Source: Candidatus Moraniibacteriota bacterium (GTDB lineage Bacteria > Patescibacteriota > Minisyncoccia > Moranbacterales > UBA1568). From it: 60,387 nucleotides of DNA. The notes beneath the pieces are model-generated. The model made no database searches and had not been told where the DNA came from. It was given only the letters and a program-made list of their open reading frames with translations. This document shows positions 54,271-60,387 of this stretch, in pieces. The translations under genes and the position numbers were made by a program. How positions within the stretch are numbered: position 1 is the first letter of the stretch; each line of letters starts with the position of its first letter. The DNA is taken from positions 1 through 60,387 of the forward strand of contig JBATNG010000004.1 in assembly GCA_049290235.1 (NCBI GenBank). Direction: 5' to 3'.

Positions 54271-54890
54271 TAGTCCACGGCTGCGTCATCGAATTTCGGC
54301 CGGCGGGAATAGAAGAAGAGACTGACCGCCACGAGGGCGCCGAGCGTATCAGCGAGCATGTCTTTCTGCGCGTCCCAGATATCACCCTGACTCCCGAGGT
54401 ACGCCATCCCGGCTTCCGGCGCCGCGCCCGCCGCGTACCACCACTCGATGATCTCATAGCTCATCGCAATCGTCGCGATGAGAAAGACCGGGTAGGTGAA
54501 GAGGAGCAGACGATTCGCGACGAGCCGTTTGGCATAGAGCCACTCCGCCACCGCAAAAGCATAGAAGCCGACTGAGAAATGCGCGATCCGATCATAGTGA
54601 TTGCGTTCGAATCCGAAGAAATTCGTCACCCAATCAAAGGGAACCAGCGCGAACGTCCAGTGCCCACCGATGGTGTGCAGATAGATGAGGACGAACATGA
54701 GTGCGTAGGCCATCCGTGAAAATTGCACGCCGCTCCAGTACAGCCCGAGGATGACGCCAAGGATAATCCACACCGTCAGATTTTCGGCGAACCACGTCAT
54801 ACGATCCACCGGAGCGACCGCAAGGACGAGAAAGAGCACCGCATACACCGCGAACAGCCCTGTGAGAAACCGATCTTTAAAAATTTCCAT
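54270..54890 (-). CDS. DUF2238 (YjdF-like) membrane protein
   Basis: 206 aa, multi-TM: ...YLHTIGGHWTFALVPF...ERNHYDRIAHF... Confidence 0.7.
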   Translation of the reverse strand: MEIFKDRFLTGLFAVYAVLFLVLAVAPVDRMTWFAENLTVWIILGVILGLYWSGVQFSRMAYALMFVLIYLHTIGGHWTFALVPFDWVTNFFGFERNHYDRIAHFSVGFYAFAVAEWLYAKRLVANRLLLFTYPVFLIATIAMSYEIIEWWYAAGAAPEAGMAYLGSQGDIWDAQKDMLADTLGALVAVSLFFYSRRPKFDDAAVD

Positions 54891-55000
54891 ATCAGTATCT
54901 TACACTGCTCCATCTATCATCGCCAGACATAACCAAACCCTGACTGATACGCAGCTGCGGACTGCAGGATGAACCACGAAAGATCCCCTGATTCATCAGA

Positions 55001-55273
55001 TTACTTTTTCCGCCACCGATCCAATCTGGGAATGGGACGCGTGAGGACCCAGGCGAGGATTCCATTCATGCCACCCTTTTTCATCTCTTGGATACAAAAT
55101 TTTTGCATTTTCTCGGCGGTATCGACTTCTGGTGGACTCAAGAATTCCCCATTCTCGTAGCACATCGAGCAGTATGTGGCGCTCTTGGTACCGTCTTTCT
55201 CGCTTCCCCCGCCTTTCTCGTCCTTCTGCATGGGATACCCACAGCTTTGGCAATATTTGTTTCTACTTTCCAT
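55001..55273 (-). CDS. Zinc-ribbon domain protein
   Basis: 90 aa: YCQSCGYPM ... YCSMCY. Confidence 0.7.
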   Translation of the reverse strand: MESRNKYCQSCGYPMQKDEKGGGSEKDGTKSATYCSMCYENGEFLSPPEVDTAEKMQKFCIQEMKKGGMNGILAWVLTRPIPRLDRWRKK

Positions 55274-55290
55274 ACTTTTTGGAGTTAATG

Positions 55291-55587
55291 TTAATTATTT
55301 ACTTTGGGACTATGGAACCACTTCGCAGCATTTGGGCGACGATGCGGACAGCCCGGCCAGCAGCAGGGACGGCGTTTGCCGCGACGCAGATCTTCGGCGA
55401 GCCGCCGGAGGTGATCCGCCCGTGTCTCGGGTTTCTTCGGAATCGTCACATAGCAGATCCATTCGTTGCGCGCGAGCGGATTCAGACCATTCCAGAGCTC
55501 CCGCGTCGCTACATGAGACACGAGTATGGTCCGCAAGTCCTGCGGCACTCGGTGGAGCGTCCCGGTTTTGATGGTTGGCCGAGTCAT
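55291..55587 (-). CDS. YdeI/OmpD-associated family protein, paralog 1
   Basis: 98 aa: ..LARNEWICYVTIPKKPETRADHLRRL. Confidence 0.75.
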   Translation of the reverse strand: MTRPTIKTGTLHRVPQDLRTILVSHVATRELWNGLNPLARNEWICYVTIPKKPETRADHLRRLAEDLRRGKRRPCCWPGCPHRRPNAAKWFHSPKVNN

Positions 55588-55623
55588 ATGCTCCAGTATA
55601 CCCGATACAGCTGTCGAGCGAGG

Positions 55624-55992
55624 TCAGGCTTCAACTTCGACGGTGAACCCGCCCATTGCCATGCGCTTCATATCAAACGGCATCGACGCCATCTGTTTCT
55701 CATCGTACTTTTTGGTGAAGTACTCCATTACCTGTTTGTTGATCCGGTTTCGATCCTTCTTGGAGCGAAAGACAACGAACGAGAACCACACTTCCTCATC
55801 CGGCTTCGACTTCGCCAACTTCGGAAATGAAGAACAGCCTGGCTGCCCGGCTACATCGTCGGCGCGACACTCCCGATACTCGATAGCGCCGAACTTCATC
55901 CACGCCGCCGCCCCATCGCGCGCCATCTTCTTGTAGGCCGCCCGGTTCTTCTTCGGAATCGACAACACATACCCGTCTACATAAGCTGCCAT
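55624..55992 (-). CDS. DUF1428-family protein
   Basis: 122 aa: MAAYVDGYVLSIPKKNRAAYKKMA...FDMKRMAMGGF. Confidence 0.75.
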   Translation of the reverse strand: MAAYVDGYVLSIPKKNRAAYKKMARDGAAAWMKFGAIEYRECRADDVAGQPGCSSFPKLAKSKPDEEVWFSFVVFRSKKDRNRINKQVMEYFTKKYDEKQMASMPFDMKRMAMGGFTVEVEA

Positions 55993-56071
55993 ATTGGAAA
56001 ATGATAATTGTTACACCTCTATTCTACACCCGCTCGCTCTCCCCCTCCTCAGCTACGGAAAAGTATGCGCC

Positions 56072-56359
56072 CTATTCCAATATTCTCAAGAATTTGAGAA
56101 TAGATTTCCCAAGCGGTGTGAGGGCGTGGCGGACAGCGTTCCCATCATTGCGTTTCATGACGATACCCGCCAAAGCCAAGCGCCGGACGTGCTCGGAGAT
56201 AGTCTTGAAGTTGACCTCGAGTGCTTCGGCTATCTCGCTGACCGAGAGTTCCGGTGACTTCTCCAAGAGGAAGGAGACTTCGAGTCGACGATGGTTGGCC
56301 ACCCCCTTCATATGGCGTTCGAGTTGGCGATAGTTTTTCATAGCCCCCGATCCTAGCAT
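56072..56359 (-). CDS. ArsR/SmtB-family transcriptional regulator 1
   Basis: 95 aa: ..GVANHRRLEV...SVSEIAEALEVNFKTISEHVRRL. The stop codon lies inside palindrome A. Confidence 0.88.
   Translation of the reverse strand: MLGSGAMKNYRQLERHMKGVANHRRLEVSFLLEKSPELSVSEIAEALEVNFKTISEHVRRLALAGIVMKRNDGNAVRHALTPLGKSILKFLRILE
56081..56102. promoter_or_regulatory. Palindrome A (TATTCTCAA-GAAT-TTGAGAATA)
   Basis: Perfect 9-4-9 inverted repeat overlapping the arsR-1 3' end. On the minus strand, TTGAGA-N16-CATACT is a possible promoter for the DUF1428 gene. Confidence 0.6.
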
Positions 56360-56379
56360 GGGACGTAGATATGCTCAGG

Positions 56380-56399
56380 TTCTCAAGAATTTGAGAATA
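56380..56399. promoter_or_regulatory. Palindrome B (same core as A), upstream of arsR-1
   Basis: The 23-nt string TTCTCAAGAATTTGAGAATAGAT occurs identically at 56083-56105 and 56380-56402, bracketing the ArsR gene. Confidence 0.65.
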
Positions 56400-56440
56400 G
56401 ATACGAGGGGGGAGCTATGGTTCGGCCGGGATCGAGGTTA

Positions 56441-56737
56441 TCAACCCTTCTTCGGACGCGGGGCGAACCACTTCGCAGCACCAGGCCGGCGATGCGGGCA
56501 GCCCGGCCAGCAGCAGGGACGGCGTTTGCCGCCCTGTAAATCTTCCCCGAGCCGCCGGAGGTGATCCGCCCGTGTCTCGAACTTCTTCGGAATCGTCACA
56601 TAGCAGATCCATTCGTTCCGGGCGAGTGGCGTCAGCTCGTCCCAGAGCGCCGCGACATCACGGTGCGCAGCGAGGAACGCCCGCAGATCCTGTGGCATCC
56701 GATGCAGTGGTCCGGTTTTGTCTTTTGATTCTGACAT
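56441..56737 (-). CDS. YdeI/OmpD-associated family protein, paralog 2
   Basis: Starts at MSESKDKTGPLHRMP (56737), giving 98 aa, the same length as paralog 1. A 150-nt block is nearly identical at the DNA level. Confidence 0.75.
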   Translation of the reverse strand: MSESKDKTGPLHRMPQDLRAFLAAHRDVAALWDELTPLARNEWICYVTIPKKFETRADHLRRLGEDLQGGKRRPCCWPGCPHRRPGAAKWFAPRPKKG

Positions 56738-56880
56738 AGGGTTAACACTCGGAATTATCCCTTCATAACGTTTCACGCCGAGCGTGATGAGCGCCTGCAC
56801 ATACATCGCGGGAAATCCACCTCACTTTCCACCGCGCCATGCGCCGCCTTGATGTGTCCCAAAGTAAACACAAAATCCGC

Positions 56881-57369
56881 TTATGCCTGTTTGAGGAGCG
56901 CCTCGAGCTGACTCAGCCCCATCGCGTATCCGGCTTCCATCCCCATCGCGAGGACCGTCTCGAGTTCGGCCCGGGTCGCATACGTCACCGTCGAGACGAG
57001 CTTGGTACCAGTCCCTTCGGCAACGAGTTCCGTCTTCCAGCGCGAGACGGGCATGTCGGTTTTCTTCACGCCCTCTTCATCACAGAAATAGTCATCGCCG
57101 ACCGTACTCTGACCTACCACAATTCCGTCGTATGTCTGGATGCAGTAGTGCCGCTCGCCGTCTGGCCCGAGCATATAGTAGAACCAGCGTCCGCCCTCGC
57201 GGAAATCCATCTCGACCGTCACCGCTTTCCAGGGCTTCGGCGCCCACCACTGTTCGAGCCATTCGCTCTTCGTATGGGCGTCCCACACACTTGCGACCGG
57301 CGCGTCGAACACACGCTCCACGACGAGCGTCGCGTGCTCCATATCCTTGGTAAACTTGGCTTCCGACAT
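56881..57369 (-). CDS. SRPBCC-superfamily protein (Aha1/activator-of-Hsp90-ATPase-like)
   Basis: 162 aa: ..VVERVFDAPVASVWDAHTKSEWLEQWWAPKPW.. This is the typical ArsR-adjacent family. Confidence 0.8.
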   Translation of the reverse strand: MSEAKFTKDMEHATLVVERVFDAPVASVWDAHTKSEWLEQWWAPKPWKAVTVEMDFREGGRWFYYMLGPDGERHYCIQTYDGIVVGQSTVGDDYFCDEEGVKKTDMPVSRWKTELVAEGTGTKLVSTVTYATRAELETVLAMGMEAGYAMGLSQLEALLKQA

Positions 57370-57429
57370 AATGGATTGATGTGATGTATTAGCCCCTCTA
57401 TTCTACACCCGCCCAATCAGTGCCCCGAA

Positions 57430-57461
57430 ATATTCCAACATTCTCAAGAATGTTGGAATAT
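57430..57461. promoter_or_regulatory. Palindrome C (perfect 15-2-15: ATATTCCAACATTCT-CA-AGAATGTTGGAATAT)
   Basis: Overlaps the arsR-2 stop codon and lies upstream of the SRPBCC gene. Confidence 0.7.
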
Positions 57462-57734
57462 CTTGAGACAAGAGAGCATCTTTTTCCCATAAGGTGAAAG
57501 GCTGTGCGCGACCGTTCGGCCCTGGTAGGTTTTATTCAAAAGTCCGGCCTGGACGAGGCGACGAGTATGTTCGGAAATGGTCTTCAAGTTGCATTCGAGG
57601 CGTCGGCTCATATCGTCAAGCGTAATCCCCTCGGAACGGCTTACGAGTTGAAGAATGCTGATTCGGCGATGGTTCGCCACGCCCTTGAAATACCGCTCCA
57701 ACTGCTTGTACGTCTTACTCCCCGCTCTGGCCAT
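57444..57734 (-). CDS. ArsR/SmtB-family transcriptional regulator 2
   Basis: 96 aa: ..GVANHRRISILQL...TLDDMSRRLECNLKTISEHTRRL. Confidence 0.88.
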   Translation of the reverse strand: MARAGSKTYKQLERYFKGVANHRRISILQLVSRSEGITLDDMSRRLECNLKTISEHTRRLVQAGLLNKTYQGRTVAHSLSPYGKKMLSCLKIFQHS

Positions 57735-57771
57735 ACATCATGTGGTTATTGCTTGGTCCACCAGCCTAGCA

Positions 57772-57814
57772 CAACATTCTCACATTCTCAAGAATGTCGG
57801 AGTATTTCGTTTGT
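57772..57814 (-). promoter_or_regulatory. Core element D plus candidate arsR-2 promoter
   Basis: AACATTCTCACATTCTCAAGAATGTCGGAGTAT (57782-57814). On the minus strand: TTGAGA (57800-57795), 17 nt, TAGGCT (57777-57772). Confidence 0.55.
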
Positions 57815-57835
57815 TTTGTATTGAAGGGACTGACT

Positions 57836-58483
57836 TCATGACGGTTCCTGGCTGATCGACACCAATCGATATCGAGTGAGTGTCTCGCTGTACAGCTTGG
57901 CAATACAATCCATAACCGTTGCATCTCGTGAAAGTCTCGCAGCAAGCTGTCTTTGGAGTTTGACTCCCGACTCGGGCATGCCGATACGCACCCAGACATC
58001 AAATTCATCATCGAGCGTCAGCTGCTCTCTCTCATAGAGTTCGATAAATAATCCGTAGAAGAATGAGAGTTGTTCTTCCGTCTCACCATTCGGTCCCTCA
58101 TAACAAGTCATCATCTGGTTGTACTTCCTGGCATCAAAATGCTTGGCATCATCCCTGTCTTGGAGGCACTTGATAGCGGTGCGGAAAATCCATTTTTCTT
58201 CGTTCGATTCGGCGCGCGCAAGATCCTCGGGGAAGTAATGCGAGATAGCCTCTGCTTGTGCCACGTCACAGGACAGGTGCATGGCCCAGCCCTTGCGAAA
58301 ATCATCGAGGTGCATAACTCCATTGACGAAGGGCGCTGGGTCATGCGTCGCCTCTCGATTGATACCGCTGTAATAGCGCGAATCAGGGTACATCGAACCC
58401 GACAGATATTTCTCGAGATCACGTACGCCAAGCACATCCTTCATCTCAAGTGCAAAGCGCATATGTGTCGCTGCCAAGGCCAT
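57836..58483 (-). CDS. Hypothetical protein, possibly a zinc-dependent phospholipase C-like fold
   Basis: 215 aa with His/Asp-rich motifs (ATHMRFA, YPDSRY, GWAMHLSCDVA). The assignment is weak. Confidence 0.35.
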   Translation of the reverse strand: MALAATHMRFALEMKDVLGVRDLEKYLSGSMYPDSRYYSGINREATHDPAPFVNGVMHLDDFRKGWAMHLSCDVAQAEAISHYFPEDLARAESNEEKWIFRTAIKCLQDRDDAKHFDARKYNQMMTCYEGPNGETEEQLSFFYGLFIELYEREQLTLDDEFDVWVRIGMPESGVKLQRQLAARLSRDATVMDCIAKLYSETLTRYRLVSISQEPS

Positions 58484-58613
58484 AGATACCGTATGTAATT
58501 ATGAATGCTCGTCAGAAACTCCCACACTTCCCGCTGTGCCAAGATCTTCCCCCACCCAGCGCACATTTGTGTTCGCCATGCCCCTATTCTACACCCACCC
58601 AAACACCAACTGA

Positions 58614-58700
58614 AACATTCTCACATTCTCAAGAATGTTGGAATATAGTTGGTCTAAAAAAGCGAGGAGAGGCTCATGGGTACTCCCTTTACTATACACC
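58614..58700. repeat. Intergenic repeat E (33-nt core plus ~55-nt extension)
   Basis: Nearly identical to 59781-59865. It lies immediately 3' of the TPR gene. Confidence 0.85.
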
Positions 58701-58745
58701 CCGCCCGATCCGCCAGCCCCCCATCAATATCGAGAGGGAGTCGAG

Positions 58746-59711
58746 TCATTTCTCAGGTTTACGTTTCGAGTCCTCGCGCGATGGCGGAATCCTTTTCAAT
58801 TCCTGCAAACGCTCCCGAAAGCGCTCGTCGCCCGGGAACTCCCTGATCCACGCCCGAGTCCGCGCCAGCGCCTCATCGATCCGGCCGCACCGTTCGAGCA
58901 TCGAGCTGAGGATGAGCGCCGTATCCGGCTGCCGACCCCGTTCAAACGCCTGCTCTGTCCATCCAATTCCCCGCTCCGTCTGACCCAGGAAGAAATAGCC
59001 GTGGCCGATCTTGTCAGAGACCGCCCAATTTTCAGGGTCCAGTGCGAGCGAGATCGAGTAGTCGCGGATTGCCTGCTCGTATTCACCGAGCGCCGCATAC
59101 GCATTGCCTCGGAATACCCACCACGCGGAGATGCTCGCGTCGAGCGCGATCGCCTGGTCAAGGGAAGCGATCGCCTCAAGGTGACGACCAAGACCCGAGA
59201 GATGCAGACTCTCGCGGGCCAGGAGAACGTCATCCTCCACTATCTTGGCGAGCCACTCCCTGACGAGCGCGAGACCGGCGCGGTGTTTCCCACTCTCTTG
59301 CAAGGCCTGCATCTTGGCATCAAGGGTACCGTCGAAATACGCGGCATGACGCCGGAGAACGCCGTGAAGGTACAGACGCTCACCCCGAGTGAATCCTTCG
59401 ACCTTCTGTATAAAGCGCCTAATTTTTTCCTTGTCAGGTGTATGGGACAAGTTAAATACCTTCAGTACCGACTTTTCATCTTTTAGCTGCACACAGAGCT
59501 TAAGACACTTCACAGTTGGCTCTATCCCCTTGTTCAATTCATCGATAGCCACCTGAAGGATATCCGAGAATTTCTCCTTTATCTCGGGCAGGTTTTTCTC
59601 ATCCATTTTTCCCGCCTCTACCCTGAGTCGCTTCAACGCAGCACTCGCCCGTACGAGAGGGTCAGTTTCTGTTTTTTTCCGGTAACCCATCTTGGCAATC
59701 TTTTTCGGCAT
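58746..59711 (-). CDS. Tetratricopeptide-repeat protein
   Basis: 321 aa. The C-terminal two-thirds consists of TPR units (..AYAALGEYEQAIRDYSISLALDPEN..). Confidence 0.8.
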   Translation of the reverse strand: MPKKIAKMGYRKKTETDPLVRASAALKRLRVEAGKMDEKNLPEIKEKFSDILQVAIDELNKGIEPTVKCLKLCVQLKDEKSVLKVFNLSHTPDKEKIRRFIQKVEGFTRGERLYLHGVLRRHAAYFDGTLDAKMQALQESGKHRAGLALVREWLAKIVEDDVLLARESLHLSGLGRHLEAIASLDQAIALDASISAWWVFRGNAYAALGEYEQAIRDYSISLALDPENWAVSDKIGHGYFFLGQTERGIGWTEQAFERGRQPDTALILSSMLERCGRIDEALARTRAWIREFPGDERFRERLQELKRIPPSREDSKRKPEK

Positions 59712-59780
59712 AGCTATCTTTGATGCTTGGATGATTTTTGCTTGTTATTGAGATAAAGTCGCTTCATGTTCATAGTATTC

Positions 59781-59865
59781 AACATTCTCACATTCTCAAG
59801 AATGTTGGAATATCGTTGGTCGGAAAAGCGAGGAGAGGCTCATGGTTATTCCCTTTACTACACCC
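59781..59865. repeat. Intergenic repeat F (copy of E)
   Basis: The same 33-nt core plus GTTGGTC..AAAAGCGAGGAGAGGCTCATGG..TCCCTTTACTA..CACCC. On the minus strand, TTGAGA-N16-TACTAT is a possible promoter for the TPR gene. Confidence 0.85.
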
Positions 59866-59919
59866 GATCGATGAGTACCCAGTCGATATCAAGATACAGT
59901 TTTTTCATCTATACAATGA

Positions 59920-60387
59920 TTACGCTACGCGTTGTCGTTCACGTTTTTCTTGAGCGTAGAGGTATGGTTGGAAACCAATAAACATTTGTCCGATCTCACG
60001 CGGGGTACCGAGGTCAGAAAGAGCATCAGCAATTGAATTGTCGTACTTGAGACGGAGCAGCGGCGTGAGCTTGTCCTGCCCTAGTTCCTCAATACCGACC
60101 TGAACATAATGCGAAAGCACAAAATCGAGAAATGCTTTCTGACGATCATTAAATTCTGCCTGTATTGCAGACCGTGCATTTGAAGAGCGCTCCTCACGAC
60201 TCACTGGTGGTTTTGCGTAAGCGATATATGCAAGCACATCGAAGAGATCACTCTTTTCAGCATCGATTATTTTCTGCATCTCGGCCAGCTGCTCCTTTCC
60301 AAATCCCTCTTCCGCCAATGCTGCTAATAGTTTTTCTCTAGTATCCGGCACACTCCAGATGGTTCGAAGTTCTTCTTCATCGCGGAA
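59920..60387 (-). CDS. hsdR: Type I restriction enzyme R subunit, C-terminal (EcoEI_R_C-like) end; 5' part lies beyond the right window edge
   Basis: The frame is open to the window edge: FRDEEELRTIWSVPDTREKLLAAL...SDLFDVLAYIAY...FLDFVLSHYVQVGIEEL...LLRLKY. Confidence 0.75.
   Translation of the reverse strand, partial: FRDEEELRTIWSVPDTREKLLAALAEEGFGKEQLAEMQKIIDAEKSDLFDVLAYIAYAKPPVSREERSSNARSAIQAEFNDRQKAFLDFVLSHYVQVGIEELGQDKLTPLLRLKYDNSIADALSDLGTPREIGQMFIGFQPYLYAQEKRERQRVA

Noticed and set aside
56062-56110. The purine-rich GAGGAGGGGGAG (minus strand, about 56040-56052) downstream of palindrome A as the SD of a hidden ORF.
   Set aside because: The only start after it is a GTG immediately followed by TAG, so no ORF exists.
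57430-57461. The palindromic elements as integron attC sites, because they contain ..CCAAC and GTTGG.. halves next to gene 3' ends.
   Set aside because: The half-sites miss the RYYYAAC and GTTRRRY consensus by one position each. They are only 12 nt apart rather than at the ends of a 55-140-nt imperfect palindrome. No intI gene or attI is present. ArsR operators or promoters explain them better.
1-60387. Alternative genetic code (UGA recoding as in some candidate phyla), selenocysteine, or widespread pseudogenisation.
   Set aside because: Family-length ORFs with intact motifs are obtained throughout with the standard bacterial code. The only frame anomaly noticed is the ICMT-like gene at about 53.3 kb.

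Overview
This 60.4-kb window comes from a moderately GC-rich, gene-dense bacterial genome. About 90% of the genes are on the minus strand. The gene content (DUF5671, Gmad2, a membrane-anchored C39-like peptidase, a type IV pilus with very large pseudopilins, a truncated dcw cluster, a short UvrC) suggests a Patescibacteria/CPR-type organism; that placement is inference only.

Reading left to right, the recognisable blocks are:
- rfbD / MBL hydrolase / MazG-like / rfbB / rfbC
- a KH-domain protein
- murF-ftsI-ftsL-rsmH-mraZ
- pepA, bcp, rarA, xth, miaB, a capA-like gene, rlmN
- a pilO/N/M + three pseudopilins + pilC block
- uvrA and uvrC, separated by an unknown monocistronic gene
- a small low-GC island of unknown genes (30.9-33.6 kb)
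- a DEAD-box helicase, an ABC exporter, malic enzyme, glutamate dehydrogenase and a PQQ-dependent dehydrogenase
- a run of small DUF and membrane genes, then queH and pyrD
- a stress/accessory region (50.5-60.4 kb) holding two tandem unknown cassettes, a TetR-fasciclin pair, and two ArsR modules joined by a family of palindromic intergenic elements. It ends in the tail of a type I restriction hsdR gene.

No rRNA, tRNA, CRISPR array or transposase is visible. No recognisable complete novel system was found. The best candidates for undescribed biology are:
1. an orphan ~340-nt promoter-to-terminator unit beside the C39-like peptidase
2. a tandem pair of cassettes whose non-coding flanks are better conserved than their ORFs
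3. a 164-nt element bounded by perfect 18-bp inverted repeats, upstream of two overlapping micro-ORFs
4. the ArsR/palindrome network
5. an unknown gene with a structured leader wedged between uvrC and uvrA

All functional calls come from motif recognition in the supplied translations. No database search was possible.
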